DNA of 64,000 bases from an uncultured delta proteobacterium (GCA_963735595.1 CAVTLK010000001.1:512001-576000), one strand, 5' to 3'; numbered from the stretch's first letter, positions 47,586 to 56,900 are shown. A program made the numbers and translations. Notes: generated from the letters alone by a model not told the origin.

Positions 47586-47618
47586 CCGGGGGGGGGACGG
47601 CTGCGGCCGTCCCCCCGG
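47586..47618 (-). terminator. Hairpin downstream of the second MFS gene
   Basis: GGGGGGACGGC-TGCG-GCCGTCCCCCC stem; T-rich tail on the minus strand. Confidence 0.6.
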
Positions 47619-47629
47619 AAAACGGTTTC

Positions 47630-48940
47630 TTATTTCTCAGACTGGAGCTTCTTGCCTTTAACCTTGTCCATATCCGCCGGATACGTGCGCGACCCGATAA
47701 ACAGGATGATTGAGGCAATAAACCCGCTGCACGCCACAATGTACAGCGCACTCTGCAGCGAGGTGACATCGGTAAAGCCGGACCCTGAATTTAAAAAGGC
47801 GTCCGAGATCACACCGACCACCAGAGGGGCCCAGCCGCCCCCAAACACGTACATGCAGAAGACCGCCATGCCCCATGAGGTCCCTTTCAGGCCGGGGGTA
47901 ACGACGTCCTGTGAAACCGCGTTGAGGGCCGGGGTGCCCAGCATAACCAGCGCGCCCCACAGCAGGCCGACGTAAAAGCCCACGCCCTTGAATTCGAAGA
48001 AGAGCGCGGTAATCAGGACAATCGCGGCCAGCGCATCGCCGATGACCGGCAGCAACATCCGCGCCTTCCGGTTCTTCTTCTGCCACGAGTCTGCGAGGAA
48101 TCCGCCGAGGAGCGCCCCGATGATGGCCATCATCATGATCGCCCCGACGAGCCCCCCTGCCTTGGCGGCGTCGATTTCATGCGACCGCATCAGATATGCC
48201 GATAACCACATCAGTACGGAGAAGTTCATGATATTGCGGACGCCGTATCCGATGTACATCCACTTGAGGGTGGGAATCTTGAAGAGCGACATAGCCGACT
48301 TGAAGAAACCCTTGCGCTTTCCGGCAATATCTAATTCGTGGACCGTTTTGTAGTCTTTCATGAAGAGGGCGAGAATACCGAGGATTACGCCCGGGATGGC
48401 AAAGATAAAAAACGGCCTGCTCCAATCGCCGGTGGCCGTGGCGATCTTGCCACCCAGGATCATGCCGAGGGCCGCCCCCAGCGGGATGACCAGGTTAAAG
48501 ACCGCCATCGTCCTTCCCCGCTTTGCCGGGTCATAGGCCGCCGATATCAACGCGGTCCCCCCCGCCGAGAAACCGGACTCACCCACGCCGACCAGGGCGC
48601 GGGGGATGAGGACCGTGGCAAAGCTTCTCCCCAGGCCAGTCAGGTACGTGAACACGCTCCAGAGGATCGCCATAATGCCGACGGCCTTCCTGCGGCTCCA
48701 CCGGTCGACCATGAAGGAAACGGGGACCGAGAAAAACGCGATGGAGAGCAGGAACGCGGTGTTGAGGACGCCCAGCTGGGTCTCCGACAGTCCAAGGTCC
48801 ACCTTCATCATCTGAAGCACGGACGCCAGGACCTGCCGGTCCATGTAGTTCACCATGTAGAGGAGCGAACAGATTATGAGAATATAGGCAGCGCTCCATC
48901 CGCCGGTTTTGTACTCGTGTGTACCTCCCTTTTCTTTCAT
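47630..48940 (-). CDS. MFS transporter, Spinster-like; paralog of 42232-43572
   Basis: YMVNYMDR, VDRWSRR, VGVGESG, FMKDYKTV, QDVV.PGL. Confidence 0.88.
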   Translation of the reverse strand: MKEKGGTHEYKTGGWSAAYILIICSLLYMVNYMDRQVLASVLQMMKVDLGLSETQLGVLNTAFLLSIAFFSVPVSFMVDRWSRRKAVGIMAILWSVFTYLTGLGRSFATVLIPRALVGVGESGFSAGGTALISAAYDPAKRGRTMAVFNLVIPLGAALGMILGGKIATATGDWSRPFFIFAIPGVILGILALFMKDYKTVHELDIAGKRKGFFKSAMSLFKIPTLKWMYIGYGVRNIMNFSVLMWLSAYLMRSHEIDAAKAGGLVGAIMMMAIIGALLGGFLADSWQKKNRKARMLLPVIGDALAAIVLITALFFEFKGVGFYVGLLWGALVMLGTPALNAVSQDVVTPGLKGTSWGMAVFCMYVFGGGWAPLVVGVISDAFLNSGSGFTDVTSLQSALYIVACSGFIASIILFIGSRTYPADMDKVKGKKLQSEK

Positions 48941-48999
48941 AACAGCTCCTTGATATATGGTTGTTAGAAAATCACCTCCAACTGATAGCGACAGATCGC

Positions 49000-50154
49000 C
49001 TAAAACGGCGGTGATACCGTGTTGATTGATAGGACGTCCTGCAGGTTTATCTCGGCCTTCGTCTGCTGTCCTTCGACAACCCGCGTAAACAACCCGACGA
49101 ATTCCTCGGTAGCCGCTTTCATGGCCATCCCTTCGAGCAACCTTCCGGCGTTTACATCCATGTCGTCTTCCATGGCCGTATAGAGCTCACTGTTTGAGGC
49201 CACCTTAATGAGCGGCATGATCGGAAATCCGACCGGCGTCCCCCTGCCGGTGGTAAAGATCATCACCTGTGCCCCGCCGGCCGCCATGCCGGTAATGGAA
49301 AAGATATCGGAGCCGGGCGTGTCCATAATGACGAAACCTTTCTTTGATGGACCGACGGCATAGTCGGATACTTCCATCAGTGGTGTCGTTCCCGCCTTTA
49401 TAATACAGCCCATCGACTTTTCCATAATGTTGGAAAGCCCGCCCTCGATATTGCCGGGGGAGATCACCATGTGCGCCAGGGGGCCCAGGATATCCTCGGT
49501 CTGTTTTCGCTGCTTCTTGATGAGATCGAAAATCTGTGTCCCGACCTCGGGGCTGGCTGCCCGCCGCGACAGGACATACTCGGTGCCGATCATCTCGGTC
49601 GTCTCCGAAAGCATTGTCGTCCCCCCGCGACCTACCAGCCAATCGGAAACCGATCCGACCAGCGGGTTTGCCGTAACGCCCGACAGGGCATCGGATCCGC
49701 CGCAGTTGGTCGCAAGGATCAGCTCGCTCCAATCGCACGTCTCTCTCTTCTGCTTTTCGGCATCTGCCAGCATTCTGCGCGCGATCTGGATGCCGGCATC
49801 GGTCGTCTTTCTCGAACCGCCCTTCTGCTGGATGACGAGGGATTCGGCCGGTTTCCTGGTTCCGGCAACGTCTGCGGCAAGTCCCGGGGCGGGGATAAAC
49901 TCGCAACCCAGTCCCACGACGAGCAACCCCGCAACGTTGGGGTTCTTGCCCAGACCCGTCAGGGTTCGCCAGGAGATAGCGATATCGGCCGGGCCCCGGC
50001 CGCACCCTTCGGTATGGGTGATGGTCTTGACGGCCGGCAGCGCCCTGCCGATCGCGTTGACCACTCCATTGGCGCATGACACCGAACTCATCACCACGAC
50101 ATGGTTACGGATTCCCACGGAGCCGTCCGGCCTGCGATATCCCATAAAACCCAC
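49000..50154 (-). CDS. UxaA/GarD/SuyB-family lyase, large subunit
   Basis: GY.RPDG.VG.RN, H..GCG, PNV....VGLGCE, CGGSD..SG.TANP, GN..GGL....EKS.G, FTTGRG.P. Confidence 0.9.
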   Translation of the reverse strand: MGFMGYRRPDGSVGIRNHVVVMSSVSCANGVVNAIGRALPAVKTITHTEGCGRGPADIAISWRTLTGLGKNPNVAGLLVVGLGCEFIPAPGLAADVAGTRKPAESLVIQQKGGSRKTTDAGIQIARRMLADAEKQKRETCDWSELILATNCGGSDALSGVTANPLVGSVSDWLVGRGGTTMLSETTEMIGTEYVLSRRAASPEVGTQIFDLIKKQRKQTEDILGPLAHMVISPGNIEGGLSNIMEKSMGCIIKAGTTPLMEVSDYAVGPSKKGFVIMDTPGSDIFSITGMAAGGAQVMIFTTGRGTPVGFPIMPLIKVASNSELYTAMEDDMDVNAGRLLEGMAMKAATEEFVGLFTRVVEGQQTKAEINLQDVLSINTVSPPF

Positions 50155-50155
50155 G

Positions 50156-50422
50156 TTACGTCTCCTCGACCTTCAGATTATGGGTATGCACCCAGCTGCC
50201 CGCCGCAACGGCACGGCCGGCCGACCCGATCTTCTCGCCGTATTTTATCACCGGCGCATTCGCCGGGATGTCGACCAGGGCAATCTTGTGGTTCCTGGGA
50301 ATATCGTCCGCGGCCCGGACGGTAACACCGGCCCCTATGGCTACCGTCTCCCCCTTCTTGACCTCCGCGATCGCTACGCCCACGTTATCCTTCGGGTTGA
50401 TTACGACGACGGCAGTATCCAT
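50156..50422 (-). CDS. SAF-domain small subunit of a UxaA/SuyA-family lyase
   Basis: DNV.VA, HK.AL.DI, V.KYGE.IG, WVH.HN. Confidence 0.9.
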   Translation of the reverse strand: MDTAVVVINPKDNVGVAIAEVKKGETVAIGAGVTVRAADDIPRNHKIALVDIPANAPVIKYGEKIGSAGRAVAAGSWVHTHNLKVEET

Positions 50423-50607
50423 ATATGACTCCCTGTTTCCGGCCTAAAAAAAGGGCGGGGTATTGATAGAGGATATGTGAAACAACAGAGTAATAGCAAA
50501 TCATTATCCCGTCAATATCTTTAATAGACAGCAAAAAACGATACCTACCCGACGTCCCGAGTTGTATCAATAATAAATCGGGCGGTTTTGAGAATATATA
50601 CCCCGCA

Positions 50608-52302
50608 CTAAAAGGACATCAGACCGAAATGTGGAATATGAGCGGTCGTTACGTCCACGACCGACGGCCGACCGGAGGCCGCCGCCTCTTTGAGGGCCCG
50701 TCCGAGATCCGCCGCCTCCTTCACCTTGATTCCCATACATCCCATCGACCGGGCTGCACCCGCGAGATCCGCTTCCCTGTATTCGGTCGCTCCCTTATGG
50801 CCCGGGGCCATAAAGTCGTTGACGTTGCCCAGGACCGAGTTATTGAGGACGACGTACGTAACCGGAAGCTCATACTGGGAAGCCGTTTCCAGGCAGTTGA
50901 GCATCATCATGAGGCATCCGTCGCCGGTCGGGCAGATGACCCTCCTGGTGGGATTGAGCATCTGGGCCGCAAGCGCCGCCGCGACCCCCCACCCCATGCC
51001 GGCCACACCCCCGCCCGCGAAAACCTGCCCCCCGTTCTTGGACTTAAAGAGGTTGGCAAAGAATATCCGGTTGTTGCCGGTGTCAAGAACGAGGATATCA
51101 TCGACACCGATAAGGTCGTTAATCTCCCGCACGATCCGCCCCGGCATTACCGGGACGGCGTCCGACGAGAACATATCGCTTTTAAAAAAGCTCCGCGTCT
51201 CCTTGAACTTCTTTATCTCGCCCACCCGCGCCCCGGTATCGATTTTTTTTCCGGATTTCTTTATCCGCTCGATGATCATCTCCAGCGCAACGCGGGCATC
51301 CGATGTGATCCCGAGGACCGTCGGGTAGGTCCACCCAACGTTGAGCGGCTCGATGTCGATTTGGATAATTTTCTGGCGGTCCGGGTTGATAAAATCGGCC
51401 GACATCATCTTGGTATTTTCAGGCGCAAGACAGCTGCCGACAACCAGCAGAAGGTCGGCGTCAACGATCCGATCGTTGGCGCTCTTCTGGCCGAGTATCC
51501 CCATCATCCCGAGCGCCAGGTCGTGGGTCTCGGGGATGGCGCTTTTCCCCATATAGCTGGTCGCGACGGGGATGCCGACCAGCTCCGCGAGGGACCTGAC
51601 CGCCTCGTGCGCCTTTCCCACGTGGACTCCTCTCCCGCATATCATCACGGGACGCTCGGCGCTGGCAATAATGTCGGCGGCCTTTTCGGCGTCTTCCGGA
51701 TGGATACAGGGTCGGGAAACCGACAGGTGACCCGCCAAAGGATAGAGCTTCGGAAATATCGCCTCGGGCTGGACCTCCTCGTTTACGACGTTCCATCGGA
51801 CGATCACGCACGCCGGGCCGGGGCGTCCCGTAATCGCATGCTTGATGGCAAGACGCACCCCGTGAATGAACTCGCCGGCATTCGTGGCGACTGTCGTGAA
51901 CTTTGTCATTGATCGCATCATCGCCACGAGGTCCGCAGCGCCGTGATCACCGGAAGAATTCTGGTACACCCCGTGCTGTGTGAGCCCCGCGTAGTCGGAA
52001 AAATCGGTGACGATAACCATTGGAGATCCGGCATAGAACGCCTCGAGGATTCCCAGCGCCCCGCTGCTGCCGATCCATGGGCCCTGGCCGATCAACACGC
52101 CCGGCTTGCCGGTCATCCTCCCGTACATGTCGGCCATGCAGGAGGCCGAGCCTTCGTGGCGCCCGAGGACAACCCGGATCTTATCCTTCTTGCCTTCCAG
52201 GGCATCAAAGATAAATATCGTGCTTCCCCCCGGTATTCCGAAAACATGGTCAATCCCCGCCTCGATGAGAACGTCGGCGAACAGCTCGGGCGCCTTGGGC
52301 AT
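50608..52302 (-). CDS. ThDP-dependent enzyme of the acetolactate synthase-like superfamily, function unassigned
   Basis: VFG.PGG, RHE (catalytic Glu), GRPGP, GDG-x24-NN; no ilvN/ilvC nearby. Confidence 0.85.
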   Translation of the reverse strand: MPKAPELFADVLIEAGIDHVFGIPGGSTIFIFDALEGKKDKIRVVLGRHEGSASCMADMYGRMTGKPGVLIGQGPWIGSSGALGILEAFYAGSPMVIVTDFSDYAGLTQHGVYQNSSGDHGAADLVAMMRSMTKFTTVATNAGEFIHGVRLAIKHAITGRPGPACVIVRWNVVNEEVQPEAIFPKLYPLAGHLSVSRPCIHPEDAEKAADIIASAERPVMICGRGVHVGKAHEAVRSLAELVGIPVATSYMGKSAIPETHDLALGMMGILGQKSANDRIVDADLLLVVGSCLAPENTKMMSADFINPDRQKIIQIDIEPLNVGWTYPTVLGITSDARVALEMIIERIKKSGKKIDTGARVGEIKKFKETRSFFKSDMFSSDAVPVMPGRIVREINDLIGVDDILVLDTGNNRIFFANLFKSKNGGQVFAGGGVAGMGWGVAAALAAQMLNPTRRVICPTGDGCLMMMLNCLETASQYELPVTYVVLNNSVLGNVNDFMAPGHKGATEYREADLAGAARSMGCMGIKVKEAADLGRALKEAAASGRPSVVDVTTAHIPHFGLMSF

Positions 52303-52446
52303 ACTACTCTCCTTTCAGCATTGTGTGTTGTTCCGTACCCCGGGGGTTATTCTCGTGTCCCCGCCTGCTGATACCGATCGGTAAAGCCGCCGACGTATGG
52401 CGTATTCCCCGGCAAGCGCCAAATCGGTAGTTTCTGGACGGTCCGG

Positions 52447-53565
52447 TCATTTGATCTTCTTCTGATACACGCAAAATTTCTTGACGAGTTTCATATTCAG
52501 ATTGACGAGAGACTGGTTCATCTTATGGTTGTCCTGGCGAATCCAGCTTGCTTCGAGACGGGCGTTCTTCTTGGACAGGGCATGAAAGATATGGTAATAG
52601 AGAAGCGTGTCCAGGGCCTTGTTCTGGAATTCCTTAACCAGTCCCAGTCCCCATAACCGATACTCCCTGAGCTTTTTCACGCCGTATTTGATCTTAAAGA
52701 TCCCGAAGGGAAAGAGCCTTCCGTTGAGCCTCTTGATAATGACGTTAACGTCGGGCAGTGCGATGGCATACCCGATGGGTTTTCCCTCGCGCTCCATGAT
52801 GAAGACGCACTCGGGGTCGACGATGTCCTTGAAGTCCTTGACGATCATATCGACCTCCGATACGTCGGCGGGGATAAAGTTCCACTCGTTCTGGTTGGCG
52901 TCGTTTGCCACGGTGAGTATCGCCGTGACTTCTTCCGGGATCTTCTTGAGGTCTATCCCGCGAACGCGAACGTTATACCGCTCCACCAGATAGTTATAGT
53001 GCCTGGAGAAACGCTCGGGAAACACGTAGTGCTCCAGGATGTCCCCGTAGTAACCGTTCATCTCCATGTTTGGGACAAAACCGGCGTCTTTGGCCAGATC
53101 GCCGTAATAGGGGAAATTATACGGAGAAAGCACCGTATGCGCCTGGTCAAAGCCGGCTATGAGAAACCCGACGCTTTGTGAAGTGAAGTTGAAGGGGCCC
53201 CGTATGTTCTTCATCTCCCTTTCTTGCAGCCAGTCGGCGGCCGCCCCAAAGAGCGCTCGGGAGACTTCCCGCTCGTTTACCGATTCAAAGGAGCCGAAAA
53301 ATCCAAGCGGTTCGTGCCAGTAGTCTATGTAGCCGTGATGGACGAAAGCGGCAATTCTGCCCTTGACGGCTCCCCGCCTGCGCGCCAGGAAAAACGCGGC
53401 ATCGCAGTTTTTAAAAAAGCCGTTTTTCTTTCGGTTGAATTCTTGCGCCGCGAACAGCCTGAGAGGAGGAACCCAGACGGGATGGTTCTTATAGAGATCG
53501 TAGGGAAACCTGATAAAATGCGCGAGGTCCCGGCGGCCGGTGGCCTCAATAACATCAACGCCCAC
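52447..53565 (-). CDS. YghO-like GNAT-fold protein (bacterial ceramide synthase-like family)
   Basis: FI.FP..LY...P.WVPPL, GRIAA, G.FG.FE, IRGP, G.L..GF, PYN.PYY, ALPD.N, NGRLFPFG, E.SW. Confidence 0.75.
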   Translation of the reverse strand: MGVDVIEATGRRDLAHFIRFPYDLYKNHPVWVPPLRLFAAQEFNRKKNGFFKNCDAAFFLARRRGAVKGRIAAFVHHGYIDYWHEPLGFFGSFESVNEREVSRALFGAAADWLQEREMKNIRGPFNFTSQSVGFLIAGFDQAHTVLSPYNFPYYGDLAKDAGFVPNMEMNGYYGDILEHYVFPERFSRHYNYLVERYNVRVRGIDLKKIPEEVTAILTVANDANQNEWNFIPADVSEVDMIVKDFKDIVDPECVFIMEREGKPIGYAIALPDVNVIIKRLNGRLFPFGIFKIKYGVKKLREYRLWGLGLVKEFQNKALDTLLYYHIFHALSKKNARLEASWIRQDNHKMNQSLVNLNMKLVKKFCVYQKKIK

Positions 53566-53732
53566 TGTCGAACACCTCTTTTCGACGACGATAGCGCATG
53601 TTTGTCACAAATTGTATATACCATTGACCGATAGCATAAATCAAGGTTTTTTATGGCATCGTGCCGTCCGAATATCCATCCGGCGGTATCCGCGGCCGGC
53701 CGTCGTGTATGCGGGATAGTAGACTATTTTTA

Positions 53733-53760
53733 TTGACTTTTGTCGGTTCGATGCTATCCT
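53733..53760 (+). promoter_or_regulatory. Extended -10 promoter upstream of the peptide gene
   Basis: TTGACT-N16-TATCCT with TG two bases upstream of the -10. Confidence 0.5.
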
Positions 53761-53918
53761 ATACGTACATATATTACCGCCCTACCGGGAAACACACACG
53801 GCCGATACCCGATAGAAACCCGTTCCCGCAGGGCCTGTCTTTCGTATCTCCTCTCACGGACATCCTGTCTCTCGGGCAATCTAGTTATCTGACGTTAAAC
53901 AGGTAATGAGGCTTACGA

Positions 53919-54116
53919 GTGGATAAAAAGAAAAAATACGAGCCTCCCCAGATAATCGATCTAAATGTCGATTATACCCAGGCGACCGGGGCATCGAAAT
54001 GCTGGAACGGGGCCACACAAGCAGTCCAGTGCAGGCCCGGAAGCGGCGCAAGTTTACAATGCAGGAACGGTCCAAGGGCGGGAAACCAGTGTCGAACGGG
54101 GAACAGCGCGCAATAG
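53919..54116 (+). CDS. Putative Cys-rich RiPP precursor peptide (65 aa)
   Basis: GAGG RBS 7 nt before GTG; leader KKKKYEPPQIIDL; four CxxG repeats with 10-aa period. Confidence 0.75.
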   Translation: MDKKKKYEPPQIIDLNVDYTQATGASKCWNGATQAVQCRPGSGASLQCRNGPRAGNQCRTGNSAQ

Positions 54117-54451
54117 TGACAGTCGGTTTAACGAATAGTATCGCTAATCTATACCGTAACTGTGCATTTTATTTGCGTTATTATATCGACCACGGGCGAT
54201 CCAAGTTAGGGACGGAGATCAACCTGAGGACGAAAATATATGTATCGTAGTGTACATGAATACCGTCTATCATCAATGATAGTTCCGAAGCACTCTATAA
54301 CTCAAAACTGAAGATCTATTATCTTTTGAAATATAACAACGAAGGATTAGAACCACTTAATCTATTAATATCCTTGGGTTTTCCAAAACAAGCAAGCCCC
54401 TTTACGCTGAACTATCAATCTGACGTATCCTAACTTGGCCTTCCGAACCGG

Positions 54452-54772
54452 CTAATTATCGTCCGCTTCCTCCTCGCCTGACCCATCTTCATCGACCCCC
54501 ACCCCCTCGGGGATCGTCCCCATGGGCTCGCCCACGGTGCACAGGATCGTACCGTCCGCCGTAGTCCCGGTGACAATCACGCTGTGCCACGTGTTTGTTT
54601 TGAGATTACGTACCGGATAGGCCAGGCCGTTTTCGATTATAACCGTCGAATATCCCGCTACCGCGTCACCTTTTTCGTCGACCAGGAGGGCCTGTTCCGG
54701 TGCGGCAACCGCCCCCATCGCCGAGAACAAGAAAAGGCCCCCAACATAAATGAGGATTAATAAGGATTTCAT
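54452..54772 (-). CDS. Small hypothetical secreted protein with acidic tail
   Basis: Purine-rich RBS, signal peptide ending AVA, acidic C-terminus. Confidence 0.6.
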   Translation of the reverse strand: MKSLLILIYVGGLFLFSAMGAVAAPEQALLVDEKGDAVAGYSTVIIENGLAYPVRNLKTNTWHSVIVTGTTADGTILCTVGEPMGTIPEGVGVDEDGSGEEEADDN

Positions 54773-54882
54773 CTGCCCCTCCCTCACAACCGCCCGATAC
54801 CGCCCGGCGGTCGGCTGAAATGTTCAATTGTCGGTCGCTCCTGCCGGTAATATCATCGAAACGGCAAGGCCTGTTCAGGTAT

Positions 54883-55845
54883 TCACGGCAACGTGATGTT
54901 GAAACCCATAAACTGGGCGGCAAGGAACAGTGCATAAATGGCAATCATCACCAGCGCCTCTAATCGCACGAGCTTTTTGCCCGTAGTTACAAACATCTGC
55001 ATGAGCACCCCCGCTACGACCAGCATGGGGAGGTCACGGTTCACGATCAACGGCTCGACCGGTAGCGGCAACGCCAGGCACAGGGCGCCCGCGACCACCA
55101 GGCCGGTGAAAATATTCGAGGCGTAGATCTCACCCAGGGTCACGTCTGCCTGGCGTCTGAGCACCGCGCCCATGGCGATGGCAAATTCGGGCAGAGAGGT
55201 GCCGAAGGCATAAAAGGTTACGCCGATGAGAAGGTCGCTCATTCCCAGCAGCTTCGCCAGCGCAGTCCCCTTTCCTACGACCAGGCTCGATCCCAGGACG
55301 ATCATGACCAACCCTGCTAAAAAGATAATGACATGGAGCCACGGTCGCGTTACGGTAACTGCGGGCGTTCTCCTCCTCTGACGGCGCGCGTCATCGAGGG
55401 TACCTTTGAAATAGGGATAGTACGCCATCAGGAGGATCAACCCGTCCGTGCGGCTGATCATACCGTCTAGCATGAGTACCAGAGGCAGGGCGGCCGAGAG
55501 TATCATCCAGCTCGATTCCCGTTCGCGCAGGCTCGGTCCGACGACGATCGGCCTCCAGAGGGCGCATATGCCGGCCACGAAGGTCAGCGTAACAAAATTG
55601 GATCCGTAGATATTCCCGACTGCTGCCGCCGGCTGTCCGCGCAGGGCGGCAAAAAGCGATACGGTAAACTCCGGCAGCGAGGTTATGACGGCCACCAGCA
55701 AGACCGTCACCACAAGTGACGAAACCCGGAGCCAGCTGGCCAGAATCGGTACGCGGCGCAGGACGGCATTGGTTCCTGTCCATATAAGGACAATACCCAA
55801 CGCAAAGAGTAAGATTGAAATCGCCACATCGCCTGTCATTATCAT
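54883..55845 (-). CDS. Na+/Ca2+ exchanger family (YrbG-like)
   Basis: Two alpha repeats: TSLPE...GNIYGSN and GTSLPE...GEIYASN. Confidence 0.9.
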   Translation of the reverse strand: MIMTGDVAISILLFALGIVLIWTGTNAVLRRVPILASWLRVSSLVVTVLLVAVITSLPEFTVSLFAALRGQPAAAVGNIYGSNFVTLTFVAGICALWRPIVVGPSLRERESSWMILSAALPLVLMLDGMISRTDGLILLMAYYPYFKGTLDDARRQRRRTPAVTVTRPWLHVIIFLAGLVMIVLGSSLVVGKGTALAKLLGMSDLLIGVTFYAFGTSLPEFAIAMGAVLRRQADVTLGEIYASNIFTGLVVAGALCLALPLPVEPLIVNRDLPMLVVAGVLMQMFVTTGKKLVRLEALVMIAIYALFLAAQFMGFNITLP

Positions 55846-56008
55846 CTCCCTTCCTGAGATTCCGGCCGTCTCTCTTGAGTGCCCCGAGCTTTACTTTACG
55901 ATATAATACGGCAACATTGCGACGGCAACAAGGAGAAGGTTAGCACAAACCCGGTAATAGCTTCGGACTCCCGCCCACGTTACCTGATACCGCCTCCAGT
56001 GTGAATAG

Positions 56009-56035
56009 AAAAGACCGCGATCGTGATCGCGGCCT
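56009..56035 (-). terminator. Terminator after tRNA-Asn
   Basis: Minus strand AGGCCGCGATC-AC-GATCGCGGTC then TTTT. Confidence 0.65.
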
Positions 56036-56046
56036 ATTATCATTGC

Positions 56047-56122
56047 TGGCTCCCCGGGCAGGACTCGAACCTGCGACATGATGGTTAACAGCCATCCGCT
56101 CTACCAACTGAGCTACCGAGGA
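56047..56122 (-). tRNA. tRNA-Asn (anticodon GTT)
   Basis: TCCTCGGTAGCTCAGTTGGTAGAGC..., anticodon arm GATGG-CTGTTAA-CCATC, GTTCGAG T-loop, encoded CCA; 76 nt. Confidence 0.97.
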
Positions 56123-56290
56123 ATATGTAATTTTGCTATGATACCAAACAATTCAATAATTTCAAGAAAAAAACGCGGCGCATCTAAAATATGTCGCCAC
56201 GCTCCGCAGAGATTTGCCCTACTCTGCCTGTCTATGATCGACCGCCGCACCGCCCGTTACCGACCTCGTTCGTCCGGTCGGTATGCTCTC

Positions 56291-56884
56291 TCATCCGCCG
56301 GCGCCTTTCTTAAGCTCAATGAGGACCAGCTTCGCCACCGCCTTGAGGGTCTCGAAGACCCCGGTGCCTTCAGTGGCGACCGAGTCAAAATCCGGGAGTC
56401 CATTGGGGTTGAGGAGCTTCTTCATCTCGGCGACCGGCGCGGCGTTGGGAAGGTCACGCTTGTTGTACTGGACGACATAGGGAACCGCGTCCAGACTGTA
56501 GCCCTGCTCGATAAGATTGGCCTTCAGGTTCTCGATGCTCTCGATGTTCGCTTCCATCCGCTCAATCTGGGAGTCGGCCACGAAGACGACCCCGTCGACC
56601 CCTTTGAGGATCAATTTACGGCTGGCGTCATAGAAGACCTGCCCCGGTACGGTATAGAGGTGGAAGCGGGTTTTGAACCCTCTGATTTCCCCGAGAGAGA
56701 GCGGGAGAAAGTCAAAGAAGAGGGTCCTCTCCGTCTCGGTCGCCAGAGAGATCATCTTGCCTTTGGCGTCGGGATTGGTTTTCTTATATATCCACTGAAG
56801 ATTTGTGGTTTTTCCGCAGAGACCGGGACCATAATATACGATCTTACAGTTTATTTCTCTGGCGGGGTAGTTAATAAAAGACAT
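56291..56884 (-). CDS. mglA: Small Ras-like GTPase MglA
   Basis: [43 protein letters not shown]. Confidence 0.96.
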   Translation of the reverse strand: MSFINYPAREINCKIVYYGPGLCGKTTNLQWIYKKTNPDAKGKMISLATETERTLFFDFLPLSLGEIRGFKTRFHLYTVPGQVFYDASRKLILKGVDGVVFVADSQIERMEANIESIENLKANLIEQGYSLDAVPYVVQYNKRDLPNAAPVAEMKKLLNPNGLPDFDSVATEGTGVFETLKAVAKLVLIELKKGAGG

Positions 56885-56900
56885 CGAATGACGCTCTCCT

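Noticed and set aside
50608..52302. Biosynthetic acetolactate synthase (ilvB)
   Set aside because: No ilvN/ilvC is adjacent, the typical GQHQMW and MVRQWQ motifs are absent, and the context is catabolic.
53919..54116. Lasso peptide precursor (YxxP leader, Thr near a possible cleavage site)
   Set aside because: The core has no Asp/Glu for macrolactam formation, and no cyclase or B2 peptidase is present.
54224..54235. CTGAGGACGAAA resembling a hammerhead ribozyme core
   Set aside because: Only one base lies between CUGAnGA and GAAA, so stem II cannot form; I found no matching stems I and III.
54201..54438. Integron gene cassette (GTTAGG...CCTAAC with a stop in TAAC)
   Set aside because: Core sites deviate from GTTRRRY/RYYYAAC, no attC-like hairpin follows, and there is no integrase.
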